A stretch of DNA of 64,000 bases from Cyanophora paradoxa CCMP329 (Eukaryota; Plantae; Glaucophyta): assembly GCA_004431415.1 (NCBI GenBank), contig QPMI01000103.1:124001-188000 (forward strand), written 5' to 3'. The first letter of the stretch is position 1. Every line of letters begins with the position of its first letter. The notes under the pieces are model-generated. The model did not search any database. It was not told where the DNA came from and saw only the letters and a program-made list of their open reading frames with translations. The position numbers and the translations under genes are program-made. Positions 1 through 12,944 of this stretch are shown here, in pieces.

Positions 1-1031
1 CGCGGCGCGCAACGAGCTGGCGGCGCTCCCGCCCGAGCTCGGCCGCCTCGCCCGCCTCGCCGAGCTCGACCTCGGCGAGAACTGCCTCACCCGCCTGCCC
101 CCGGAGATCGCACTGTCCGCCCCATTCCCCTCTTCGAGCTCCGTTCGCTCGCCCAAAGCTGATGCCCCCGCCCCGCAGTCTGACGCGGCTGGAGACGCTG
201 GACCTGCGGGCGAACGCGCTGGAGAGCGTACCCCCCGAGCTCGGGCGCCTGGCCTCCCTCCGCCGCCTCTTCCTCAACGAGAACCGCCTCGCCGCCCTCC
301 CCGACGAGCTCTTTGACCTCACCCGGTACCCCCCTCCCCTCCCCCTCCGGTCCGCGGGGGTACACGCCGATCCGAGGGGGTGCACGTGCAGGCTGGAGGT
401 GCTGTACGTGCAGATCAACCGGCTGGAGCGGCTGCCGCCGGCCGTGGGGCGCCTCGCGCGCCTCCGCGAGCTGATGGTCTACGACAACAGGCGAGCCCAA
501 GGGCGGCGCCGGGCCCCCGCCCCCGCCCCAGCCCCTCCTTGTGCCCCGGCCCCTCGTCGAGCAAGCGCGCGCAGGCTCCAGTCGATCCCTCCTGAGGTCG
601 GCGCCCTGCCCCTCGAGCAGGTGCGCCTGTATCCGGCTACCCCCCCCCCCCCCCCCGGCGCCGGCTGTTCCCCCCCTCTCTGTCTGAGCGGCGGGCAGTT
701 CGAGTGCTATGAGAACCCTCTCACGGAGATGCCGGGCCCCATATCCTCCCTCAAGGTCCCCCCGCCCCTCGGGGCCGGGCCCGACGGTCGCCGAGCCGCT
801 GAGAGAGCGAGCCCGTTGGGGCGCAGGAGGGCGCCGTGGACGACGCTGTCCTCGCCCACCTCCGCGCCATCGCCGGTGCGCCTTTGGGGCCTGCGCCCGC
901 TCCGGGCCCTATCTCACCGGTCCGACCCGCCGAGTCGGCGACGCTGATCCGCTTTCGCAGAGGGGCCTCCGCGGACTGAGGAAGGGGGCCACAGGCAGTG
1001 CTGCAGATGCGGGGCACACCCCGACGCTTAG
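1..1031 (+). CDS. Leucine-rich repeat protein, 3' part (multi-exon; 5' end outside window)
   Basis: Spliced exons give repeated LxxLPxELGRLxxLxxLxLxxNxL units (e.g. LETLDLRANALESVPPELGRLASLRRLFLNENRLAALPDELF). Short GT/GC-AG introns; probable stop TAG at 1029-1031. Confidence 0.85.
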
Positions 1032-1262
1032 AAAACGTGTAACGAGCCACTCCACAGCGTGGCCCCCCCCCCCCTCCCCCCTCCCCCTTCCCCCCGCCCC
1101 CCCCCCCCCCCCCCCCCTTCGAAGATCTCCCCTCGGAAGAGGTGTCATCTCTAACTCCCTCGATATATATCCCCTCTAGATCTAATTGAATACCTCTCAG
1201 AATCGTATATCGCCTAGTGGCGCCAGTCAAGATCTGGAGATCTTGAAGCGGCTCCAAGCGAA

Positions 1263-1844
1263 ATGCAGTCCCACGAGCCAGATAGAGCGCGTTCAGCAGC
1301 GCGCACAGATTTGCGCACGCCAAGCCCGGATTCTCGCGCGGAGCAGCAGGCGGAGCAATCGATATCGATATCGGACGCGAAAATCGATATCGCACCGGCC
1401 GCCGGCGAGGACGCGTATATCGCAATTGACTCGACGCCTCCGGAGTCTGCGCATGCCGCGGCCAAGCTCGCCGCCGACGGGCGCCCGCGCCCGAGCTCGA
1501 ACTCTCCCCGCCGAACACGGCGAACGAGGAAGCGAGAGTACCACGGGCAAGACCTGATCGGCCATGAGTGCGCACGATTGCGAGCCGCCGCGCGCCGCGG
1601 CGCGGGCATGCGCAAGGATTCGCGCCATGCATATTGCTCCGCCGGCGCCGCGGCGCCGCTCAAGCTTGCAATTGACAACACCTCTGTGCATGCGGCCAGG
1701 TGTGACGTCTGCGGGGCCTCTGGCGATACGGAGCTCTTCGTGAGCCAGTATTTCGCTGGCGAGCTTCGCTGCGAAAAATGCAGGTCCATCGCGGACCCAG
1801 GCGATCCGGTGCGCATGCGCAATGCCTTTTGGCATGGGTTGTAA
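1263..1844 (+). other. ORF with CxxC...CxxC zinc-ribbon-like motif in palindrome-rich DNA; probably a degenerate gene or TE remnant
   Basis: CDVC...CEKC near the C-terminus; the 5' half is full of short palindromes (atcgatatcgatatcg). No family recognised. Confidence 0.25.
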
Positions 1845-2070
1845 AAATTCAATTAATATTGATGAATTAGCCTAGTAGAGCACTGTCCAAAAATTTCTAA
1901 CCGTCGGATCGGACGCGCGCGCGCAGGACCGGACGCCCTGGGACGGGACGTGGGAGTCGCAGGATCCCGGCTCCTGGTCCAACCTGCACCTCCCCGGGCC
2001 CTGAATTCGAATTCGACTGCTGCCCACATGCATGGCCAGCCTGGCAGCCCCTGAATCCCGTTTGAGATCT

Positions 2071-2204
2071 CTAATTATATAAGGCCAAGAAGGATGTATA
2101 CTTACAATTGCAAGAAATGGATGTATACTTACAATTGCAAGAAATTCAATGCACTCAGAACACTTATTTACTGACGCGAACGCTGAAGGCCTAATTATAT
2201 AAGG
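2071..2204. repeat. 14-bp direct repeat (ctaattatataagg) flanking a 106-bp AT-rich segment with an internal 27-bp tandem duplication
   Basis: ctaattatataagg at 2071-2084 and 2191-2204; ggatgtatacttacaattgcaagaaat at 2092-2118 and 2119-2145. Confidence 0.7.
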
Positions 2205-2428
2205 GAGTAATCATACTACGAAATTCTTCTGAGCTACGAAAAACGGTTCATGGAAGAGCAGCCCACTGGCCCCCATATTGGGAGTGGGGACCGGGGCATG
2301 GGGGAATTCTGTGCGCGGAGAAACGAGGAGGCACCGAAGAAGCAGTCGCGCGGTTCGAAAATCGGAGGCGGCGGGGCGGGCGCACGCGGGCGCGGGCCCC
2401 GGGCGGGCGCGGCTACAGGCGGCCCCGG

Positions 2429-5400
2429 CTACAGGCGGAAGGAGCCGCTGCGGAGGCGGGACATGCTGGGCGGGCGCTGGGGGTTCTCGGGGAACTGGAG
2501 GCTCGGCCGCGAGGGAGAACCGTGGCGGGAGCCCTCGCCGGCGTCGGGGGGCGCGAGGGCGCCGAAGCTCTGCGGCGGGGGCGCGAGGCTGCTGCTGCCC
2601 GTGAAGGAGCGGGGCGGGAGGAGCGGGGCCTGGAGGCCGCCCATGGCGCCCGGCGCCGTCTGGAACGAGGCCGGGCGCTGCGGCGAGGCGCCCGGCTGCC
2701 CGAACGAGGGCGACGGCGTCGGACCCAGCTCGGGCGTCCGCGGGGGGGACGAGGCCGCGGGGGGTACGGGCGACGTCCACCCCGAGGGCGGCGCGGGGTA
2801 CCCCGCGTTCAGCGGCGCCGAGTACTGCTTCGCCGGCGCCTCGTTGGGCTTGCAGCAGCTGCAGGCGGGGCGGGGCGCGCAGCGTGAGAAGGGCGGTCCG
2901 GATGCGCGGCGGGGGCGGGGGCGGGGCGGGGGGGCACCTGGGGAGGAAGGCGAAGAAGGGGCTCCAGCAGCTGGCCTCCTCGCGCTCGGCGGCGTACGAG
3001 TCGCGGAAGCCCTCGGAGGAGGAGAAGCCCGAGGAGCCGTACGAGGCGCCGTAGTCGTCCGCCGGCTTGCCCGAGTTGAGCGCCCCGCCGCCGTCCCCGC
3101 CGAGGGACGAGGTCGTCGTCGAGAAGCTGTCCCCGCCCAGGGCCATCGCCGCGGCGCGGGCGCCGAAGCCGCCGCCGCCGCCGCCGGCGCCGGCCTGGGC
3201 CTTGAGGATGGCGGCCGACTTGCGGAGGACGACGCGGACGACGGCCGAGACGGGCCGGTGGTCCGACCCGATGAACTGCGGCAGCGAGCCGTACCTGCCG
3301 CCACGCCCCCAGGGCTCGCTCTCGCCCCCTAGAAGGCAAAGGACTTCCAAGCAAAGGCGGGGGGCGGACCAGAGGGGGTCGACGAGGGGCCCGAGGAAGA
3401 GCACGCGGTCCGTCCAGCTCGGCGTCCGCTTCTTCGACTCCGGGCAGAAGTTGTTCGTCCCTGCACGCCGCCGTCCATCGGAGGGGGCCGTCCCGACGCG
3501 TTGAGCGGGGGGGCGCCGCGCACCCGGCTCGTACTTGAAGGTGGGGGGGAAGAGGATTGGCGCCTCCTTGAAGTGCTGCGAGGGCCCCGCCTCAGGGCCC
3601 CAGGGGGGAGGGGGAGGGGGGTACACGCTTGCTCGCCTGGAAGGCGGCGCCGGAGGCGCGGGCCTGGGAGAGCTGGTCGGCCTCGAGGAGGGGCCCGATG
3701 TCGCCGGCGAGGGCCTGCCGGGCGACGGCGCCCGTGTCGCCCATGACGCGGTAGTTGAGGTCCCCGAAGAAGAAGACGAAGTTGTGCGCCAGCACGTCCG
3801 GCGCGTCCGGGAACTGCCCGTGCGCTCCGCCCTCAGCCTGGGCTGGGCCCGGCTGGCTTGGAGGGAGGGGCGGGGGCGGGCCTGGATGCGCGAGAGGATG
3901 TCGCCGTACTCCTTGTTCCGGATGTGGTTGTTCTTCTGCGGGGCGGGCGGGGCGGGCGGGGGCTCAGGGCCCTGCCCCCGCCCCCTCTCGCGCGTGCGGG
4001 GGCCGGGGCCGGGGGGGGCGGACGTCGTGGGGGGTGAGGTGGGCGGTGAGGAAGCAGAAGGTGGAGTAGTTCCACCGGAACCGCAGGCACACCGCCCCTG
4101 CGAGGTAGCCCGTCGGCCCCCGCGCCGCGCCCCCCGGGGTCGGGGCGCGGGAGGGCGGCGCACCCTTGTTCTTCATCTTGCCGCCGAAGCCCGTCGGCAC
4201 GGCCGCCGTCTGCACCTGCGCGCGCGCGCCGGCGGCGTCGGCGCGGGGGGGCGCATGGGGGGCGCCCCGGGGCGGCGGACCTCGCTGAACTCGGTCGCGC
4301 ACTTCTCCTTCGTGTACACCGCCAGCAGCAGGCCCACCTGCGCGGCCCCGCCGGCTCGGCACACGCGGGCGCGGGGCGGGGCGGGGCGGGGCGGGGCGGG
4401 GCGGGCACCATCTGCCGGGAGCCAACCTTGACGTAGCGGTCCCCGTTCACCACCATCTGGGGCCCAGGGTTCGACGGGGGCGGGCGGGAGGGAGGGGCGG
4501 GAGGGCCGGTGGGCGGGGCGGGAGGGGGCGGGGCCGGCCCCGCACCTCGCTCATCGCGAGGTCGACGCTGCGCGGACGAGGCGGGTCAGCGGGCCGGCGC
4601 GGGGGGCGCGGGGCGGGCGCGGGGCCGGCGGGCGCACTAGTACTCCCACATGTTCCCCTGGTTGCTCTGGTCCGAGGAGCCGACCACCGTGCTCTGCGCG
4701 CGCGCGGCCCGGCGCCTCGCCTCGGGCCGGGGAGGCGGGGGCGGGGCGGGGCGGGGCGGGGGCGGACCACTTTGAGGGGGATGATCTCCTGGCAGCCGAT
4801 GCAGACCACGTCGGGCCCGTCCTGCGCCACCTGCCGGAACGCGCCCCTGCACGCCGCCCGCCCGCCCGGCCCTTCAGCCGGCGTGAGGCGAGGGGCGGGG
4901 CGGGGCGGGGCGCGCCGGTCGGGCCCGGCGGCGTAGCGGGGGTCCAGGTCCGAGAAGAGGATGTCCTTGAGGGGGTACTCGCTGGGCTTCTTGCCGGCCA
5001 CGTTGTAGGTCAGGATGCGGATAGTGTAGTACTGCGTCACCGTCGGCCCGTCGTCCGGCCCGCCCCGCGCCGTGTCGCCCCCGTTCTCCGGGATCGACAT
5101 CGGCAGGTTGACTGCGGGCGCGGGGCGCGGCTCGGCGGGCGCGGCGCGGGCGGGCGGGCGGACGGGCGGGGCGCACTGGATATGGAGCCGCTGCGGCGGG
5201 AGCGGGGCTTGGCCTCTGTGGTGGCGACGGGGAGCACGGCGATGGGCGCCGCCGCCTGCCGCGAGAAGGAGTTGGAGCGGCTCGAGATGGAGGGCCGCCG
5301 GTGGATGCTGCCCCCAGCCGCGTTCAGGGCCTGCGCCAGCAGCGCCGGGTGTACGCCGTCCACCAGCTCCACGCTCGGCGGCGTGTCCGATCCCCGGCTA

Positions 5401-5594
5401 CTCTGCCCGAAGCTGCTGAAGCTCTTCGGGGCGGCTATCGTGCTGCCGCGGCGGCTAGCGTACGGGCTCCCCTCCGCCGAGCCCTCCCCTTGCGGCGGGC
5501 TCGTTACGTGAAGCGAAGGTCCAGCTCCCATCGAAAAGGTCGCGTTGCCCTGGCGGCCGAGGGCCGCCAGGCTCGGCCTCCTCCCGTCCGCCAT
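2429..5594 (-). CDS. Inositol polyphosphate 5-phosphatase (multi-exon)
   Basis: Exons carry the family motifs IRILTYNVAG, PDVVCIGCQEI, GFGGKMKNKG, FCFLTAHL, FFFGDLNYR, ILFPPTFKY, RTPSWTDRVLF and GSDHRPVSA. ATG at 5594; stop at 2429. Confidence 0.93.
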
Positions 5595-6063
5595 TTTCGA
5601 CCACGCCGATCCGGGCTCCGATCAGAGCGCAGTCTACTTTCGCCGCTTCCGTCGACGACTACGATTCCTTCCGGTAGCCCGATGCTGCGCGGGTGGCCGC
5701 TAAACCTAACGCCCCTAACACCCGCGCCTAGTATCCTGCGAACACTTCGACGAGTCGCGATACCAGTACCCCTGCGTTAGAGCTTCTTGCTGCCTCTCTC
5801 ACATGCAATCTGGCTTCCCCTGGCTTCCTCAGCTTCCGCAACAGATTCGTAGGCCCTTTCTAGCTCCAGCATTGGTCACCGCTCCAATAGTAGCACATCA
5901 CCAGTTGTAGATCTTCGGATGCAGGCGTGGGCCAGGTCGAGCTGTAGACAGTAGCTACAGGTCTCAGAGCGGCGTTCCGCCAGGCTCCAGCCTCGCCGGC
6001 AGCGAGTCCCAACTTGGCTTCTGCCACCGCGGCGCGTCGCCCTCGCTAGCTGCAGTCCCCAGG

Positions 6064-8032
6064 ATGGCGGCGCGGGGGGTTGCAAGGCAGGCGAGCTTCA
6101 TAGGCATCACGGAGTCGGAGCGCCCCACCTTCAGCGTCAACAACTTTAGACGGACACCGCACGGGTATCTCTCGGGCGGCGCAGCCGGCTGGATCTCGCA
6201 GCAGCAGGTGCAGAAAGTGCGGGCGGCGTGGTCGAAGCCCGTCCACCTGCGGAGCGGCGCCGATGTCGACGCTCTCATCGAGTTCTGCGTGCGCCCGGCC
6301 CCGCGCGCCGGGGCGCCGCGCCGCGCCGCCCGGGCCGACCCTGAGGCGGGCGCAGAGCCACATCCCCTTCCTGCGCGGGCTCGTGAAGATGCGGGCGGAG
6401 CTTGCGCAGATCTTCCAGTACCGGCGCGTCCCCCGGGGCACCGTCGGTGCGGGCGCTCGCCGGCGCCTCCGCCCACGCTCCGATCCGCCTGACGACGGGC
6501 CCCCGGACGCAAGTGCTGGAGCCCGGGGACGAGCAGGCGAAGGTCTTCGTGCTGCTGGCGGGGGCGGCGGAGATGGTGGTGGAGGACGCGCTGACGTCGG
6601 CCTCGTACCCGGCGATCACGCTGGGCCCGGGGGACCTCTTCGGGGAGGAGGCGGATGACGAGAAGCGGCGCGTGACCGTCACCGCCGCCTCCGACCTCGA
6701 GCTCCTCGCCGTCGAGGACGAGGAGCTCGCCGAGCTCCAGGACAAGCAGGTCCGCCCCGGCCCCGCGCCTCCTCTCGACCGCCCCGCTTCTCCGCTCGGG
6801 CGCGCCGCTGAGGGCGACGTGGCGGAACAGCACTCGAAGCAGGTGGAGGAGGCGGTGGCGTTCCTCCAGCGCATCCCCCTCTTCGCCGACATGAGCCGCA
6901 AGCAGCTCCTCAACCTCTGCAGCGGCCTCCAGACCCGCACCGCCCTCCGCTCCACCCGTGCCCCCGCCCCCGCCTCCCCCGCCCGCCCCCGCCGCGCCCC
7001 GCGCGGCCTGATCGACGCGCCTTGTTCGCAGTGATCGTGCGGCAGGACGAGGAGCCCGACGCGGTGTACGTCATCAAGAGCGGCTCCTGCCGCGTCCTCC
7101 GCGAGATCCCCGTGCGTCCGGCGGCCCGCTGGTCCGCCCGGGTCGGCCGCGTGCCTTCCTGACGCCGCCTGCTGCGCGCAGGTCCCGGAGGCGGCGCGGG
7201 CGCTCCTCGCGCCCCCCGGGCCCGCCCGCAGCCCCTCCCCCGCCCGCGTACGGGTGCGGCCGCGTCAGCCGGCCGTCGCGAACCCCGCCCGGCTGACGCG
7301 CCGGCGCCGCAGAGCCGGTCGCCGGTGCGGGGGCGCAGGCTGGGCCCAAGCCCCTCCGGGCGACGCGCTCGACCTCCTCGCTGCACGGGGCGCCCCGGGC
7401 GGCCTCGCGGACGGGCGGGGCCGGCCCGGCGTTGCCGCCCATCGCGCGGGGGAAGCCGGCCGCGCACACGGCGGCGCTGCTGGGCGACGACGAGGCGGCG
7501 GCGAGGGGCCGCCCCGCGCCGGCGCCGGCGTCGGGACGGTCGGCGGCCGCGGCGGGGGCGGAGAGCCCGTCCCCAGCAGCGCCCCCGGGGCTGGGCCTGG
7601 GGACGGCCCCTAAGCAGCGGGCGACCTTTGAGGTCGGCCTCCTCTCTGCCGAGGACGGTGCGCGGCTCCATCCGACCCGATCCGCTTGCGTCTGGGCTCG
7701 CCTCTCACGCGGCGGCGGCGACCGCAGTGTTCGGGGAGGTGGGCGTGCTGCTGGGCGTGCGGCGGCGCGCGACGGTGGTGGCCGAGTCGACATGCGAGCT
7801 GCTCGTCATCTCCAAGCAGGACTTCCTCTACAAGCTCCCGCCCCACGTCACCGAGCGCTTCCGGCAGTTCGCCCTCGCGTACCCCGGCGACGAGGCGATG
7901 CTGCGGAGCTTCACGAGCAGCGCGGCGTGGGCGCAGTACAAGGAGGCCGTCGTGGGCGAGGTCGTGGGCCACCACGCCGCCCGCCGCATGCTCCGCGCCT
8001 CCGGCTTCCACCAGGGGGCTGCCCCCCTCTAG
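6064..8032 (+). CDS. Cyclic nucleotide-binding domain protein (two cNMP domains, multi-exon)
   Basis: LGPGDLFGEE...RRVTVTAASDLELLAV; FLQRIPLFADM; VIVRQDEEPDAVYVIKSGSCRV; VFGEVGVLLGVRRRATVVAESTCELLVISKQDF. Confidence 0.85.
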
Positions 8033-8371
8033 ATCTAGCCCCGCCAGGCCGCCCCGCCCCGGCCCGGCCCCTGTACACTACAGTAGTGCTCGATCCCAGG
8101 GCTAGCTCTGGCTGTAGTCTGTGGCGCCAGGCTCTCCGAATGTACCAAATCGAATGCCGCCGCCGTGCCTGTACTCGTTGGTTGTGCCGGTGTCACGTGC
8201 AGCGTCTGGCGGGCGCGACCGGCGAGTGGGGACTCGCCTCTCGCTGCGGCTCTCGCCCCCTTGCCAGGCCGGGCTGAAAAACACGCTGTGGTTTGAATTC
8301 CCTGGGGGAAGGCGTGGTGCGAGCGCGGCAAGACCTAGGCGCCGGCTCGCTCGCTCGGGGCGGGCGTGCGC

Positions 8372-10653
8372 CTAGTACATGGGCATGTTGGCCATGGGGT
8401 TCGGCTGCTTGCCGAAGGAGTAGCTGCGCGCCCGCGGCTCAGCGGGCGGCGCTTCGGGCTCGGCCGGCGCCGGCCCCCGGGCGCACCTCTCGAGGGGCTT
8501 GGGGAGGAGCAGGCCCGTGCGGGGGTCTGCGGGGCGGCCACCGTGAGGGGCGGCGGCCGGCCAAGGGCCGCCGGCGGGGCGCACCGCGGTTGATGGTCGT
8601 GCCGGGCTGCGCAGGCGGAGGGGCGGCCGGGCGGCGGGCGGTCAGCGGGGCGGGCGGCGGGGCGGGCGGGCAGGCGAGGTCGGCGCACCGCGATGGAGAC
8701 GGCAGCGCCGCCGCCGCCGCCGCGGCGCTGTGAGTTCTGCCGGCTCAGGAAGGCCTGCAGCGGGCCCCGCGCCTCAGGGCGGGACAGGGCAAGGGACACG
8801 GAACGGGGCGGTGCTGCGCGGCGCGGGTGAAGGGCGGCGGCACCTCGGTCTGTCCGGTGCCGTAGTCGCTCGCGTAGGCCGCGTCCTGCGGGGCCCCGCC
8901 TGAGGCGCGCGGCGAGGCGCGCGGGCGGTCGCGGCGAGGTACCTGGGAGCGGCCTTCGGCGAAGAAAGCCTCGGCCCCGTAGCCGGCGGCGCCCCCTGAG
9001 AAGCCGCCGCCGTAGCCCACCGGCATCTGGCGCGGCGCTGGGGCGGGGATGGCGCCTGCGCGGGCGGGTGAGACCAGGCGGGGCCAGGCGAGGCGGGGCG
9101 GGGGATGGCGGGGCGGGCCGAGGGAGTGGCGGCGCTTGTCGGCCTTCTTGCCCTCGTCGTCCGAGTCGAAGACGGAGAGCAGCTTCTCGAAGACCGTCTG
9201 CCGCGCGCCGCTCAGATCCGATTCCGAAGCGAACCGGTGAAGCAAGGCGGGGCGGGGCGGGGGCGGGGCGGGCCTTCTCGGGCTGGGCGACGCCGCCGGC
9301 CATCATGGAGGACGGGAAGAAGTCGCGGCTCTGGTGCTGCGGCGGCGGCGGCCCCTGCTGCTGGTGCTGCGGCGAGTAGAACGTCTGCATCTGCGAGGGG
9401 CGCCGGGGGCCTGAGGGCGCGGGGCGAGCGGCGGGGCGGGCGGCGAGGGCCCGAGGGGGACCGGACCTGGCCGTCTTCGAAGACCGTCGGCATGTTGCGC
9501 GGCGACGCGAAGTTGTTGAAGTCCGCCGCCGGCGCCGGCATGCCGCGCTGCACCCTGCAGCCCCCGCCGCGTCGGCGCGGGGGCGGGGGCGAGGGGCGCG
9601 GGGCCTGGCCGGGGCGGCACCCGAACGGGACGCCGCCGACGCCGGGCGGGGGCGCGTCGTAGCCCATCGGGGCGACGGCGCCGCCGCGGCGCAGCGCATC
9701 GAGCTCGGCCTCCAGCGCCCGAGTCTGCGTCCCGCCCCGCCCCGCCCTCAGCGCCCGACGCGCAGGGACCGCGGTGGGCCAAGCCGCACCCGGTTTTCGT
9801 ACTGGCTCATCGCATGCTCCTGACGCATCGCCAGCTCTGCGCGCGAGCGCGGTTACGAACGACAGGCGGGGGCTGGAGCGCGGCGGCCGGGGACGGACCG
9901 CGAGCGCGGGCGGCCTCGTCGCGAAGGCGCGCGTTCTCAACCTCCAGCTGCGGCGGTGTGAGCGGCGGCGGCGGCGGCGGGGCAGGGGGAGGGGACCTCG
10001 GTGCAGCGTGCGCGGATCTGCTCGGTCGAGCCGCGCTCGCGCCCGTACGTGTCCAGCTCGCTCCGGAGGCGGTTGATCTCGGCGTCCTGCGCGAGCGAGC
10101 GCGTCTCGTCGGCCGGCCGGCCCGCCCGCCCACGCGGGCGCCGGACCGAGAGCGGACCTTGTCGCGGATCTCCTCTTGCATGTTCGCGATCCTCACGCGG
10201 TCACCGCCATTCGCGCCCGCGAAGTCGAAGCGGCTCGACGGGTCGAATGCGGACTGCAGATCCGATTCAGGGCGGGAAGCAAGCGGCGAAGGGAAGAAGC
10301 ACGCCTGAGCGCGCGCGCGGGCCGCCGCGAACGGGTCCTGGGGCGCAGGGGCGGCGTCCCAGCCCATGCTGCGGGAAGAGATGGCACCGACGGAGTTGTG
10401 CAGGCTGCCAGGGCCCTGCAGGGGCGCGCCGTATCGGGCCGCGGCCGGGTATTGGTCTGCGGTTGCAGTCAATGGTTCCGCAGAGGGAGCCGCCCCCATC
10501 CAAAGAGGGGCGAGCACAAGAGGGTTGCGCACTGGCTGCGCCGTGAGTAGCGTTCCACGCCTGTGCGGCGGAGAACACGGAGGACGGCGCCTGGAGAGGG
10601 GCCTGGCCGTGGGCCTGGCCATAGGCCGGTGTCGAATAGCCGCCGTAGTTCAT
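8372..10653 (-). CDS. Hypothetical Pro/Gln-rich protein with coiled-coil segment (multi-exon)
   Basis: ATG at 10653 (MNYGGYST). Spliceable exons include RIANMQEEIRDK / DAEINRLRSELDTY / LEVENARLRDE / LEAELDALRR; ends MANMPMY*. No family recognised. Confidence 0.6.
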
Positions 10654-12944
10654 CGAAGAGACTCGACGCGACAGCCGCTCTGCAACGCGACAGACACGGG
10701 CTTGGAACGGTCGAAGGGATAACGGCAACCTAAGGGCGCAGAGGCCGCGCGACGTGACGAACCCTGTGGATGCGGTAACGCTTCCGGAATCCGCCCGGAG
10801 CAGCGGGCGGGAACGATGCAAAGAGTTGGCGCGAGGGCCTTCCGTGCAGTGTACCCCTATCGCGGACGATGTCACCGATCAAAAGTCTGGCGCTCCCGGA
10901 GTGCGACGAGCATGTCGGCTCCAGTGCCGGGGCGAGGTCGGATCCAGTGCCGGGGCGAGGTCATAGACCCCGAGGACGGGAGCCTCCTGATCTCCCGAGC
11001 TCGAGTGCCATCGTTCTTGTTGCAGCTCTGATCATGATCGCTTCGTTCACTACTAGGCGCGGCTAGCTATACTATGATATATAGATCTAGATCGAGCTCT
11101 AGTAGAGCACATGCTGCCGCAGTGCGGGTGTGTCGGGCGCCGCCGACCCCTGCCCGCGGCCGGCCCGCGGCCTGCAGCTGTCGACGTCGCGGGCGGCCCG
11201 GCGGCTGTCCGGTCTAGATCTGCAGCTGACTGCAAGTCTGCAACTGCGCTACTAAGTCAGCGACGTCGACGTCGAGCGTCGACGACATTCGTGAATATAG
11301 ATATCGTAGTACAAAACTACTTAAGGTTAATTAAGCTTAGCGAAAGCTTGAAATGAAATCGAGAGTGAAAGCTTCGTAAACTATAGCTTACTATGATATG
11401 GGTCAGGGAACCCACAGAGAGCGCCAGCTACGTATATGTGGATGCAATCATCTAGGTCTGCATACATGTAAAGAAGTGTAAAGCTTCTTATGAGCAAGCT
11501 AACGTTGGAGCTCAAGAGTCTAGCTATAGCCTGCTATGCGAGAGGGTCCTGCACTGCGGCAGAGAGCGCCGGCGCCGGCGCGTGTTCCGATGACGAAGGC
11601 GGCGCCTGCTGCGGCGGAGCGGAGGGGACGAGAAACACGGGGCCGGGCGCGGGGAGGTGCTGATAGACGGCAGCCTCCGGCGCCGGCGCTGTGGCCGGAG
11701 ACGGTGCCGTCATCGCCACCGCCATGTGCATGGGGGACGAACACGTACGTCAGGCCGGGGGGCGACGCGGACAGCTCTGGCCTGGGCGCGATAGGCGGCG
11801 GGGCCTGGCGCGGGGGAGGCGGCGGCTTCGGGCGCGGGACGCTCTTCCGCTTTCGGACCCTCCTCGGAAAATCAGGGACCGGGGCGGGCGGCTCCGGGCC
11901 GCACAGCGGGGCGATCGGCCGCAGCGCCGGAAGGGGCGCCTGCGCTGCCGCCGCCGCCGCGTTCGCGACCGCGGGGCCCGCCCCAGGCGCGCTCTGCGCG
12001 AAAAGCATAAGCGGGGCCGCGGGGGAGCGGGGGTACGCGCTCGCCTCTCCGGGGGGTACCGCGGCCAAGGGCGATGTTTCGTAGGCGGAGTCGCCGGCCC
12101 CGCCCTGGCGCCACGATCGCGACCTGCGCCCCGGTCGTTCGTAGTTGAGGGGGCGGCTTTTCCCGCGGCGTTGAGGGAGCGGACGCACCCCTCCGGGCGC
12201 AGAGATCGCGCTCCCGCGTCCCCCGCCCCGGCGTCCGACCGGCGCCGAGCGCGCGCCTGCTCTGGAGAGTCGAATGCGATGTAGCCGTGGGGTGCCGGCT
12301 GCCGGGGAGAGGCGCCGGAGACAAACGGGGGGAAGGCCGCCTGAGGCCTGGCGAGGGCGATGGCGGGCGGCGCCTCGCCCCGCTTCGCCGCCGCGGGGGC
12401 CGCGCCCCCCGCTTCGCCGCCGCGGGGGCCCGCGGAGGGCCCTCCGGCGTCCTGAGCCGCGCCGGCGTCGCGCCCCTCGGGCGGCCCCGCCAGGCCGGCG
12501 CCGGAGCGCCGCCGGGCGCGCGCCGCCTTCTCGCCGGACTCGGCCTAGAGCAACCGATGCGAACGTACTCATCCGCACCGTGGCCCGGGAACGGGAGCAA
12601 ATGCCGTGCGCCGCGAAGCTTGCAGAGAAGGGCAAGTACTGAGGGGTGATGCGGAACATCGTGAAGTGGTCGTTTGACGGCCACTCGCTACTTGCCCATG
12701 ATTCAGCGACTGCAGCTGTACGTGCACGGGCCGGCCGCGAGCCGCAAAACAATACTTGCGCACCGCGTTTGGATTTCGATTTCGTTGCTTGCGGCCTCGA
12801 ACGAGACCGTCCAGGGCGGCCCAATTCGGGCAATCTCTTGCGCGGCGGTAGAGAACAGCTGCGCGCCACGTCGATCGGCGCGGCGGGATTTGCATTCAAC
12901 GAAAAACGCATGTTTTTTAAGCACCTGGTCAACATGAGCTTTGT

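Noticed and set aside
1881-1910. cactgtccaaaaattt as a possible CACTG terminal inverted repeat
   Set aside because: No matching inverted copy found in the window.
11520-12935. 471-aa minus-strand ORF
   Set aside because: No recognisable domain or convincing splice model; an unknown gene cannot be excluded.
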